Shown in pieces: positions 39,168 through 48,222 of a stretch of 64,000 bases of DNA. The notes beneath the pieces are model-generated. The model worked only from the letters and a program-made list of their open reading frames with translations. It ran no database searches and was not told the origin of the DNA. Positions within the stretch are counted from its first letter, which is position 1, and the number at the start of each line of letters is the position of its first letter. This DNA comes from Patescibacteria group bacterium. GTDB lineage: Bacteria; Patescibacteriota; Minisyncoccia; Phycocordibacterales; JBBTRF01. The position numbers and the translations under genes are program-made. The stretch is taken from contig JBBTRF010000001.1 of assembly GCA_038065315.1 (NCBI GenBank), positions 97,642-161,641 on the forward strand. Direction: 5' to 3'.

Positions 39168-39623
39168 TTATCGCCCCATCCGGCAGATCTCCTCGAAATG
39201 CTTCGCCAAAAGCGGCTGCATAGAGAGCCGACTGCCCACCTGGGTCAAAGGAATGCCTTTGAGCTTGGGATTGGCCTTGATCGCGCCAATCGGCACCGGC
39301 TGGGCGAATTTCTCAACAAAGGCCATATCCACCTGCATCCAGATCGGACTTTCGGCGCTCGCCTTCGGGTCGTAGTGATCGTCTTTTGGGTCAAGGGCTG
39401 TTGAGTCGGCATATGGAGTGCTCGCCACATGCGCTACACCCACCGCTGATGGGGGATTGGTACTTGAGTGATAGAAGATCACGAGGTCGTCCACTTGCAT
39501 GCTGTCGCGCATGAAGTTACGTGCCTGATAGTTGCGAATGCCGCTCCAACCCGTCTTTTTGTCGCGCCGCAAGTCCTCGATCGAGTAGCATGTCGGCTCG
39601 CTTTTGATTAACCAGTATTGCAT
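39168..39623 (-). CDS. EVE domain protein
   Basis: YWLIKSEP, WSGIRNYQARN, FYHS, RLSMQP. Confidence 0.93.
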   Translation of the reverse strand: MQYWLIKSEPTCYSIEDLRRDKKTGWSGIRNYQARNFMRDSMQVDDLVIFYHSSTNPPSAVGVAHVASTPYADSTALDPKDDHYDPKASAESPIWMQVDMAFVEKFAQPVPIGAIKANPKLKGIPLTQVGSRLSMQPLLAKHFEEICRMGR

Positions 39624-39664
39624 TGTGGCGTGTCTGAGGCAGGGGCTTTGCTGTTGGCTACGAG

Positions 39665-40672
39665 CTATTTTCTTTTTCCCAATGCCACCAAGCCATATCC
39701 CGCTGCGAGCAGCGCGATGCCGGCAAAGATGAGGGCGATTGGCCAGCCAAGACTATCGACAAAGTATTCACTGGTAAATCGGATGATGAGGATGAAGACA
39801 AAAAGCGCGCTGGTTTTGAGCAGGGTGCGGTTGCCACTTCGGCTTGCCAAATAGAGGCCGCCGAGGACCGCGAGCACGCTCACGAACTCCCAAAGGAAGC
39901 TCTGTTCTGGACTCCAGCCGCTCAACGCAATTAGTGCACCTAGAATGCCAGCGGCGCCGAAGAAGGTGAGGAAGCGGTCGAAGGCTCGCTCGTCGCGCGC
40001 TTCAACAGTTTCGGTGCCGCGTCGGCCGCTCAGTGTCGATTGGATTAACAGGTACGCTGTACCGAGAGCGATGGTGACGTATTCGTAGGTATCTTCGAAT
40101 AGGTTGGCACTACCAGAGATGTCCAAAAAGTAGCCCACTGCCGCGTAGATAGTGCAGGTTGCGAAGACGAGTGTGAAGAAGGCAAATTCTACCCCACGGA
40201 AAATGAAGAGGGAAGCGCCGTAGATGGCGGTGAGTAGTAGGCAGATGGTGGTCGACCAGCCGAAGGTGGCGTAGTCGATCCCGGCCGTATCAAGCGATAC
40301 AAACATGCCGATCGGCGCCAAAATACCACTTACAAAGAAGAGGATACGGCTAATCTTCCCGTGGTCAGCATCGCCGCGGAGCAACGCGCCTGCGATGTAG
40401 GCTGCAGCTGCTAGGCCAAGAGTGATTGCGATACGAACCGCACCGTTGAGATCGTCCCAGAATCGGAAGACAAATGAGCCAATGCCGGCGATGAGCACCA
40501 GAGCCCCAATGCCGTAGAGGATCGAGGTGGCAGTGATGCGGTGGCCGCTCGATGCCGATAAGTCAGTCGCATTACCCGTTTGCGCCTGGAGCACGGCCTG
40601 GATTTCGCTTGCTGATACGGTACCCGCCGCGATTTGTCGAGAAATGAGGTCTAGAAGCGATTGTTTGTCCAT
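39665..40672 (-). CDS. DUF2157-like polytopic membrane protein
   Basis: N-terminal AGTVSASE motif followed by about 10 TM helices. Confidence 0.7.
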   Translation of the reverse strand: MDKQSLLDLISRQIAAGTVSASEIQAVLQAQTGNATDLSASSGHRITATSILYGIGALVLIAGIGSFVFRFWDDLNGAVRIAITLGLAAAAYIAGALLRGDADHGKISRILFFVSGILAPIGMFVSLDTAGIDYATFGWSTTICLLLTAIYGASLFIFRGVEFAFFTLVFATCTIYAAVGYFLDISGSANLFEDTYEYVTIALGTAYLLIQSTLSGRRGTETVEARDERAFDRFLTFFGAAGILGALIALSGWSPEQSFLWEFVSVLAVLGGLYLASRSGNRTLLKTSALFVFILIIRFTSEYFVDSLGWPIALIFAGIALLAAGYGLVALGKRK

Positions 40673-40695
40673 AAAAGTGTACGTATAATAAAAAA

Positions 40696-41277
40696 TTATA
40701 ATCTGAGGTATTCTACCCAGCTGATCAATCGGAACCCATTGGCGTAATCGTAGTAGGTGTTTGGTGAAGCTGAATTGCGGATAGTGATCTCTTTGTTCCA
40801 CGTGCCATTCTTCAAGTACAGACTGTTGTAGTTGTAGCGATAGCCACCGCCGAAGAGTTCGCCGAAGAGGCCGCCGTGGCCGCCGTAGTTGTTCGAGACG
40901 CTCGTGCCATCTGGAGCTGAACCGTCGCCGGTGAGCTTGCCAAGAGAGTTTGCCCGCTCAAAACTGATCTCGCTAAAGGTGTCGGACGCTGCTTGGTAGA
41001 GGTAGAGCTTCGGGTAGTGTGGATCGGCCGTTTTTACATCTACCGGAGGGGTAGGGAGGGGATTTTTCTTCAGGACGCCAAAGGTGTTGGGTGAAGCATC
41101 GGCCAAAGAATAGGGAACCCAACCATTGCAGTAATAGTTGCAGCCGGATTCGATAGTGTAGATGAAGTCGTACTTAGGAGTAAAAAAGAGGCGAGGGAGA
41201 AGCACTGAACCGATGATGAATAAAAGGATGAGTACCGGGAGGGCACCCGCGATGACGATCTTGGTTTGGTTGTTCAT
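40696..41277 (-). CDS. Hypothetical membrane-anchored protein
   Basis: N-terminal TM, PKYDFIY; start ATG 6 nt after TATACT. Confidence 0.7.
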   Translation of the reverse strand: MNNQTKIVIAGALPVLILLFIIGSVLLPRLFFTPKYDFIYTIESGCNYYCNGWVPYSLADASPNTFGVLKKNPLPTPPVDVKTADPHYPKLYLYQAASDTFSEISFERANSLGKLTGDGSAPDGTSVSNNYGGHGGLFGELFGGGYRYNYNSLYLKNGTWNKEITIRNSASPNTYYDYANGFRLISWVEYLRL

Positions 41278-41359
41278 TGACACAGTATACGCCTAAAGGG
41301 CGGCCACGGCAAAACAAAAACGCCCTTTTGGGCGCCTTTGTCGATTGCTGCCAAGCGGC

Positions 41360-41608
41360 TTACGCTGCTGGAGCGTCTGCCTTGCAAGTTGAGCACTTGC
41401 ACTTTACGAGCTTGACGACTGCTGCGACGCCAACAAGTACGTAGACGATCGCTTCTACGGTTTCCCACTTGCCCAAGAGCATCTTCACTACGTTCCAAGC
41501 GTCTCCGCTTGAGCCAAAAAGCATACCGAGACCGACGAGACCCCAGTTGAGGGCACCGATGATCACGAGCACATAGGCTACCTTGGTTACTGAACATCCT
41601 GAATTCAT
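41360..41608 (-). CDS. DUF378 family small membrane protein
   Basis: LVIIGALNWGLVG, IVYVLVGVAA. Confidence 0.88.
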   Translation of the reverse strand: MNSGCSVTKVAYVLVIIGALNWGLVGLGMLFGSSGDAWNVVKMLLGKWETVEAIVYVLVGVAAVVKLVKCKCSTCKADAPAA

Positions 41609-41952
41609 ATGTTTGTATGATAAAAAGTGAATAAAATACGACCTTTTCCTAGGCAAAGTATAGCATTTTTGCTGGTGCGGCGGTTTTTTGGCAAGGCAAA
41701 ACTGGGGAAAACGGAACGGTAGGGCGAAAAAGGTGCCCAGATCGAAAAAGCACTCAATTATGGCTCAAAACAAGGCTGAAATCAGACCGTCAATTTTGGT
41801 CGCGGTCAAGTAAAAAACCCTTATTTTAAGCCATACTTTGAGGTTTGACAGCACCGATTATCCGTTGTCTGCTCTTGACAAAGTATATCCAAATGTGCTA
41901 GTATTATAGGGAATCAGAAAAGCTTCTGGTTTTTTGTTTCCCCCTCAAAACT

Positions 41953-42462
41953 ATGTTTCAACTTTCCACAATCATCGTATCCCTCCTCACCGCGGCCTCT
42001 ATCCAGGGTGCGAATATTTCTAGTTCTAGCTTCGCACTCGCTCAGCAAAATACCTCTACGACCAGCGGTCTGGCAAAGGAGATCACTCTAGTGAGCGCTA
42101 TGCAACTCGAAATTCCTCAGTCTGCTAAGCAGTCTGATACAGAGCTCAAGGTGCGAGCCTATTTTTCCGATATTCCGGTTCTGATCGAGGTCGCACGTTG
42201 CGAGTCGCAGTTCCGCCATACCGACAAGAGTGGTAATCTTCTCCGTGGTACCATCACCTCCGACGACCTCGGTGTGATGCAGATCAATGAGTACTATCAC
42301 GGCGACAGCGCGAAGAAGCTTGATCTCGACATTACCTCTTTGAACGGCAACATGGAATACGCTCGTCACCTGTACGAGAAGTACGGCTCCGAACCATGGA
42401 ATGCTTCGTCGAAGTGTTGGAAGAAGCCGACCCCAGGTCTCCTTGCTGCCAAGAAGATCTAA
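41953..42462 (+). CDS. Secreted lysozyme-like / lytic transglycosylase domain protein
   Basis: Signal peptide, VARCESQF (catalytic Glu), GVMQIN, PWNASSKCW. Confidence 0.75.
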   Translation: MFQLSTIIVSLLTAASIQGANISSSSFALAQQNTSTTSGLAKEITLVSAMQLEIPQSAKQSDTELKVRAYFSDIPVLIEVARCESQFRHTDKSGNLLRGTITSDDLGVMQINEYYHGDSAKKLDLDITSLNGNMEYARHLYEKYGSEPWNASSKCWKKPTPGLLAAKKI

Positions 42463-42502
42463 GGGGCTGGTAGGGTAGGCAACTCCTTACTCTCGAACCT
42501 CC

Positions 42503-42530
42503 ACAAAACCACCCGTTGAGGTGGTTTTGT
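42503..42530. terminator. Bidirectional terminator
   Basis: ACAAAACCACC-CGTTGA-GGTGGTTTTGT. Confidence 0.8.
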
Positions 42531-42635
42531 TTTGGAAAGCAAAAGATTCGATCGATGTGTGTAAAATTGGACAAAATGCTCTAAGTCATATTTGTGGACA
42601 GTTAGCTGATAACAGTACAAGTATAGAAAAGAGGC

Positions 42636-42686
42636 GATAGAGAAACTGCTAAGAAAGGTTCAAGAAAGCACTAATTTTCAATAAAG
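42636..42686 (-). repeat. 51-bp element shared with 51149-51199
   Basis: 41/51 identical without gaps; a -10-like box lies 10 nt from the element in both copies. Confidence 0.8.
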
Positions 42687-42897
42687 AAATTCTAAAGTTT
42701 TTTGAGGCTGTTCTAGAGGGGGACCGATATAGACTATGTCGCACAATATATCTTTTCCGACATAGGCCCTGGAGGGGCCGAGGAGCGGCTGTGTGGCGAC
42801 TTCATGATCCATGAAATCAAATAAAAAAGCGCTCGATACTTCCCTGGCATTTAAGCCTGAGAAAATCGAGCGCGGATTTTTCTGCACTGTGCATGGA

Positions 42898-43518
42898 TCA
42901 CTTCCACCAGCGCTGATACATCAGGTCGACCAGCCAGTAGATCTGCCGGTTGAAGACAAATGCCATGCTGGATAGGACTAGGCCGCTGAGATACATCTTC
43001 GCGGACACTTCGCTGTTCACGTAGCCTAGGGCTCGCATATTGAACAGTGGAATGCTCATCATTGCGGAGGCTTGCAGAAAGAACACGAGCATCGGCCGCA
43101 ACGACACAATCTCCCAAGCCTTTTCCACGATGGCGGAGACAGAGTTGGTGGTCGGCGCGATGAGCGAGCCAATCAATGGGGTCAGGACATGATGCCTTTC
43201 AAGGAACCCTTGAATTTCTTTCCCGAAGAGGGTAGTGATGACTCCCCCGCCGGCCATCACGACAAACAGGAGGACTAGCAGCGGCATGAAGCTGCTCCAG
43301 AAGATCAGCGACCGACTTCCCCACTGGACGAAATCTTTTTTCTCGCCGAAGCAGCCGACGAGTGCGAAAATGATTGCGAGCATCAGCATGAGGGGGCCGT
43401 TTTGGATCCAAAAGCGGCGGTCAATGGTGAGCGGCACAATCCGAAGCAAGCCGGTCAGCAGGAGGACGAATCCGATGCCGACCAAGGCGAGATTTGCGGG
43501 TGTAATATTGGGTTTCAA
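42898..43518 (-). CDS. Hypothetical polytopic membrane protein
   Basis: About 6 hydrophobic segments. Confidence 0.65.
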   Translation of the reverse strand: MKPNITPANLALVGIGFVLLLTGLLRIVPLTIDRRFWIQNGPLMLMLAIIFALVGCFGEKKDFVQWGSRSLIFWSSFMPLLVLLFVVMAGGGVITTLFGKEIQGFLERHHVLTPLIGSLIAPTTNSVSAIVEKAWEIVSLRPMLVFFLQASAMMSIPLFNMRALGYVNSEVSAKMYLSGLVLSSMAFVFNRQIYWLVDLMYQRWWK

Positions 43519-43685
43519 GCAAAAGCCTTTCGTTTCCAGCGGTTTGAGGACGTTTCAAAGGACCTTACAGATGATAGTTAAAAACGGTAGTCCTGTCACT
43601 TGACATATCTGTATAAATATGAAATAGTAGTGTTCGCTCAATACACCTCAACAGTTCCTTCCCACGCAGAAAAACACGCACATCT

Positions 43686-44135
43686 ATGCAAACAATGCAC
43701 TGGTTTCCGCTGTCACTTGTCGCCGGCCTCCTCATGGGTGTTGGTATGATTCTCGCCCGCACGGGCGCCTCCGGTATGCCGTCCTATATTTTTGTCGGCA
43801 TCCTCGGCCTGGTCTGGGCGGCTGGTTCAGGGGGCCTGGCCTACATGCGCCAGGAGCCTCTGCATATCGGCAAGATGGTCGTCGTTTTTGCGGTCCTCGC
43901 GGGCGCTTTCTTCTGGATGGAGAACATCCTCCGCTTCAACGCAGTCCCGAAGGCTCCGGTCACCGCATACGTCCTCTTGACTATTGAAGTCGTCGGGGTC
44001 TCGATCACGCTCATCTACGACTTTGTGCGCCTGTATCGGGCCGACAAGCTCGGCTCGATCAGTGCCTACGAAATCGGTGGCTTGATCCTCGGTGCCGCCT
44101 CGATCGCATTGTTCGGACTTGCGCCGAAGCATTGA
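43686..44135 (+). CDS. Hypothetical 5-TM protein (possibly EamA/DMT-like half)
   Basis: Five hydrophobic segments, own promoter and terminator. Confidence 0.6.
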   Translation: MQTMHWFPLSLVAGLLMGVGMILARTGASGMPSYIFVGILGLVWAAGSGGLAYMRQEPLHIGKMVVVFAVLAGAFFWMENILRFNAVPKAPVTAYVLLTIEVVGVSITLIYDFVRLYRADKLGSISAYEIGGLILGAASIALFGLAPKH

Positions 44136-44216
44136 TTAAGACCCCAATCCCCTCGCCAATCGCGTAGGGCCAAAACTAAAGGGCAGAGAGAACCTCTGCC
44201 CTTTTTCTTTGCTTAG

Positions 44217-44492
44217 CTAGTTCCTCGCGACAGTCTCTAGTAGCGCAATCATCGGCAGTACTAGCTTGTCCCAAAAGATTCCGACGACAATGACATTCCA
44301 AACAAAGCTTGCAGGCGTCACCAAAAACGTATTCCAGACGTAGCTCAGGAAGTTCCAGATGTATGAGAAATTGGACTTTGAGGTGTCAGACTCCGCAATA
44401 TCTTTCAAATTGAAGCCAAAGTAGCTGAGGATTAAAATGGCAATGATAACCAAGATGATCATTTTGAGAAAACCGCGATTCGAGCCTTTCAT
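44217..44492 (-). CDS. Small membrane protein
   Basis: RGF plus hydrophobic N-terminus, YFGFNL; ATG 6 nt after TACAAT. Confidence 0.7.
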   Translation of the reverse strand: MKGSNRGFLKMIILVIIAILILSYFGFNLKDIAESDTSKSNFSYIWNFLSYVWNTFLVTPASFVWNVIVVGIFWDKLVLPMIALLETVARN

Positions 44493-44513
44493 ACCGATAT
44501 TGTAACAAACTCC

Positions 44514-45845
44514 TTATAAATAAAGCAACGGATTCAAATACGCGCGCAGGTCGGCCACGGGCATGGTGTAGGTGCCGGCACAGACCTTGCTTTTGCGTTG
44601 GACGACCTGAACACCGTCGCTGGCGAGTACCGAAAAATGCAAATGCGCGCCAAAGGCGTAGCCGGTAGCGCCCGACAGCGAAATGGTCTCCCCTTTTGCA
44701 ACACGCTGATTTGCCGCCACGCGAATCACGGAGTTGTGTCCGTAGATAGTGGAGAGGCCGTTGTCGTGACGAATGAGGATCCATTTGCCATAGGAAGCGC
44801 CTTTGCAGACGAGATCGGTGTCGCCAGCACCCACCACGACGCCACTTTCTGCAGCTTTCACTGGTGTGCCGACGGCGCCGCGCAAGTCGATGCCGTTGTG
44901 GCCGTTGCCGTTGTACACTGCCCCAGCGGCTGTTTTAGAAAATTCGGTTTGGCCGAAATATTGTGTCACGAAGACCGTTTCCATCGGCCAACCGAGGACG
45001 CCTTTGCCGACCGTGGGCAGTTTACTGAGATCAATGGCAAATTTGAGTTGCGCTTCAAACGCGATGAGTTCGTCAGCGAAGGCTTTCTGCAGCGCTTCTT
45101 TCTGCGCGAGGATCTTGGCGTAGGTCGCCTCTTGATTTTTGGTCGCCGTGAGTAGGTTCGCTTTGTCTTTGCGATTGGCTTCTATAATCACTTTTTGGTC
45201 AGAAAGGTCGCGTTTCAAAGCAAGTAGGCGTTTCTGTTGGGCGGCGTTTTCAGTGCGCTTGTCTTGGAGCGCAGTGCGCAACTCCTTGAGATCATTCAAA
45301 TGAATCCGAATGCCGTTGCGAAGCTCAACAATACGCTCCGCCTCGTCCCATACTGCGGAAGTCTTTGGCGAGCTCAGTAGGGTCTCGAGTAAGCTGATCT
45401 GTTCTTTTTCATTTAGCGTCACGATACTTTCGTGGACAACATCCGTACTAACACCGATCTGCTTTTCCTTTTGTGCAATATCTTTGTCGAGTTGCTCGAT
45501 GACGAGATTTGTCGCTTCAATCTTTTTGCCGGTCAACAGAATATCCGCAGCAAGTTTTTTCTGAGTGAGGTCGAGTCCTTTGATCGTGTTCTGTAGGGTC
45601 GTCTTCTGCTTGCCTACCGTATCGAGCTGGGTTTTGTATTGAGCAATCTCGGCCTCGAGCTGTTTGATACTCTGGTTGCGCTCATCGATTTTTGATTGCA
45701 ATTCTTCAACCGAGGCAGCCGATACAATCGGTATGTTGTTTTTTGATGCGAAAAAATAGCCGAAAGCGAGCATGCAGGCAATCCCAAGTCCGGCAATACC
45801 AACATCGACGCCTAATTTACGCGCTGAGTAGAGTGATCGCATCAT
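44514..45845 (-). CDS. Coiled-coil M23 peptidase (EnvC/MepM-like); true start may lie downstream
   Basis: Long coiled coil, HNGID, YGH, HLHF. Confidence 0.9.
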   Translation of the reverse strand: MMRSLYSARKLGVDVGIAGLGIACMLAFGYFFASKNNIPIVSAASVEELQSKIDERNQSIKQLEAEIAQYKTQLDTVGKQKTTLQNTIKGLDLTQKKLAADILLTGKKIEATNLVIEQLDKDIAQKEKQIGVSTDVVHESIVTLNEKEQISLLETLLSSPKTSAVWDEAERIVELRNGIRIHLNDLKELRTALQDKRTENAAQQKRLLALKRDLSDQKVIIEANRKDKANLLTATKNQEATYAKILAQKEALQKAFADELIAFEAQLKFAIDLSKLPTVGKGVLGWPMETVFVTQYFGQTEFSKTAAGAVYNGNGHNGIDLRGAVGTPVKAAESGVVVGAGDTDLVCKGASYGKWILIRHDNGLSTIYGHNSVIRVAANQRVAKGETISLSGATGYAFGAHLHFSVLASDGVQVVQRKSKVCAGTYTMPVADLRAYLNPLLYL

Positions 45846-47256
45846 TGAGGCGAGCGAGTGTTTCGTCTTTTCCTAGCAAAGAGGCGAGGGTGAATGGGTC
45901 GGGGGATTTTGCAACGCCGGAAAGAGCAAAGCGCATCGGCCAAAGTACGCAGCCCCTTCCCTGCTCTTCCGCATATTTCCAGACAGCTTGCCTCACTTTT
46001 TCTTGGTCGGCAAAATCACTAGTAGCAAGGGCTTTCAAGAGCTCTTTCGCATGAGCAAGTCGCTCGACGGTTTTTTCTTTGCTAGGCTCATCTTTCCAGA
46101 GCAGCTGTTTTGTTGATTCGTCCGTGAAGGTTGGTTTACTGAAAAAATAGACAAATTCTCCAGCGGCAAAAAGCGTTTTAATATCGCCAACAGTGTCGAT
46201 GCGTTCAAGTACAACCGGTGCGAGCTTTTTGATGAGTGCTGAATTGTCCGCGGCGTTTGCTGAGTCTGTGCCGCCGAGCATCGCGTGCACGCTTGTGGCG
46301 ATGGCCGATTCGATCTTGGCGATCGGCTGCTGTTTCAAATATTCCTTGTTGATCCAACGGAGCTTTTTCTGGTCAAAGATGGCGCCGCCTTTTTGGATTT
46401 TGGATAGGTCGAAGAGTTTGAGGAGGTCGTCTTTCGAGAGGATCTCCTGATCAGTGCCAGGGTTCCATCCAAGCAGTGCCATGCCGTTGATGAGAGCCTC
46501 GGGAAGAAAACCTTGGTCGCGATATTCGGTAACGGCGAGCGCGCCTTTGCGCTTCGATAGCTTTGATCGGTCCTCGCCGAGGACTAATGGGAGGTGTGCG
46601 TAGATCGGCTCCGGTGCGCCGATGGCCCGCTGTATGAGGATCTGGCGCGGCGTGTTGGAGATGTGGTCTTCACCGCGGATGATATGAGTGACGCCTTCGG
46701 TGAAGTCGTCGACGACTACCGCTAAATGGAAGAGCGGTGTGTCAAGATTTTTCGCAATGACAAAATCCTTTAGATCGGCCGTCTCCATTTCGATAGTGCC
46801 ACGAATGAGATCGGTGAACGCTACTTTGGTGCCCGGATTTTTGAAACGGATGAGGTCATTTATTTTTTGCTGCCCGCTCGCCGGGTCGAGCACGGGGTTG
46901 CCCTCCTTGTCCTTGGCCGGCTCGCGGGACACGTACGCCTTCCCTTCCGCAATCATCTGCTCGAGATATTTGCGATGTGTCGGCGCTTGTTCGGATTGGC
47001 GATACTTCTCGTCGTATTCGAGCCCCATCCAAGCGAGGCTGTCGATGATGTTGGCTTCGTATTCCGGCTTCGAACGGAGCTTGTCAGTGTCCTCGATTCG
47101 TAGGATGAATTTACCTCCATGCTGTCGCGCGTACAGATAGCTGAAGAGTGCGGTGCGATAGCTGCCCACATGGAAGAGGCCGGTCGGCGATGGGGCGAAG
47201 CGAGTGACGATGTTCTGGCTTGGCGCGGTCGGGTTTTTGGGCACAAGAGCATTCAT
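45817..47256 (-). CDS. gltX: Glutamate--tRNA ligase
   Basis: RFAPSPTG, HVGS, RGEDHISN, KLSKR. Confidence 0.97.
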   Translation of the reverse strand: MNALVPKNPTAPSQNIVTRFAPSPTGLFHVGSYRTALFSYLYARQHGGKFILRIEDTDKLRSKPEYEANIIDSLAWMGLEYDEKYRQSEQAPTHRKYLEQMIAEGKAYVSREPAKDKEGNPVLDPASGQQKINDLIRFKNPGTKVAFTDLIRGTIEMETADLKDFVIAKNLDTPLFHLAVVVDDFTEGVTHIIRGEDHISNTPRQILIQRAIGAPEPIYAHLPLVLGEDRSKLSKRKGALAVTEYRDQGFLPEALINGMALLGWNPGTDQEILSKDDLLKLFDLSKIQKGGAIFDQKKLRWINKEYLKQQPIAKIESAIATSVHAMLGGTDSANAADNSALIKKLAPVVLERIDTVGDIKTLFAAGEFVYFFSKPTFTDESTKQLLWKDEPSKEKTVERLAHAKELLKALATSDFADQEKVRQAVWKYAEEQGRGCVLWPMRFALSGVAKSPDPFTLASLLGKDETLARLNDAITLLSA

Positions 47257-47447
47257 AAAGTCCTTATATTATAGTGCAAAATGGCCGGTTCTAGAGTATT
47301 GACTATTCCCCCATAAGGTGATATAATACAGGCTGCTGTAGTTGGATCGTTTCCAATTGAATAGCCTCAATGTCGGTCAACCAAAGCCCGCGCGATCCCA
47401 CGTTCGCGCATTGTGAAAGGTCATGTATGGAACCCGGAGATAACGGA

Positions 47448-48131
47448 ATGATGAAGACGAAAGTCCTGCTGGTGCGGTCTGTGGAGTTCGACAAAGTCTC
47501 GAAGAGTCTCACTCCGCTCGGCGAGCTGCAGGTTGAATCCCTTGCCGAAACATTGGGGGTGAAAGGTTTTCAGCCCGACTGTTTCCGCACTGCGGCCTAC
47601 GAAGCAGACTCATGGACCACTGCGTATTTCTTGAAAGAAGCTTTTCGGGGCCGTTCGGGGCCAGACGTTCAGACTTTGAGGGAGCTGTCGATTTCTGACA
47701 CTTCCCTGCCGCGCAACAAGGAAATCGCGGGATTGATCACGCAGTATCCGAATTTGCCGCTTTCGACCTACGCTGGTCAACCGGGATACCGGGCGCTGCT
47801 CTCCCAGAGCAGGCTCGCACTGAGGGAGATTCGGAAGCATGTCTCTCCGGATCAACATCAGCAGATCATCATCTGTTCGCGCCATGGCCACGTCCTGAGC
47901 AGCTTGGCCCTCGACTGGGTGAGCGAGATGATCTTTGTGGGTTTCAAACTGTGTCCAGCGGCTCATTTGCCGTCATACCCCATCGAGGCCGGCGACCTCT
48001 GCTACGCAGCGACGGAGTTTGCTCTGGGACCTGGTCAGGGGCTCATGTTCAGCTACGATGCTTCTGATCCAGCGAGCCGAAAGGTCGGCTCCATCCAATT
48101 CATCAATCCGGAAGCCAACATCAGAAGCTAA
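47448..48131 (+). CDS. Hypothetical protein, degenerate histidine-phosphatase-like fold
   Basis: VLLVRSVE...LTPLGELQVESLAE and IIICSRHGHVL echo LVRHGE...LTxxG and VSHG; promoter TTGACT-17-TATAAT. Confidence 0.55.
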   Translation: MMKTKVLLVRSVEFDKVSKSLTPLGELQVESLAETLGVKGFQPDCFRTAAYEADSWTTAYFLKEAFRGRSGPDVQTLRELSISDTSLPRNKEIAGLITQYPNLPLSTYAGQPGYRALLSQSRLALREIRKHVSPDQHQQIIICSRHGHVLSSLALDWVSEMIFVGFKLCPAAHLPSYPIEAGDLCYAATEFALGPGQGLMFSYDASDPASRKVGSIQFINPEANIRS

Positions 48132-48222
48132 GTCAGTTTTCGTTTACGCCACCACCCTGGTCCAATTCCAGGGTGGTGGTTTTTTCTTGCAAAAAACGGT
48201 ACGTGCGGCGTTCGGTGAAAGA

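Noticed and set aside
42332-42887. Short ORFs 42332-42574 and 42678-42887
   Set aside because: Weak starts, cross a terminator or the repeat element, and no recognisable protein features
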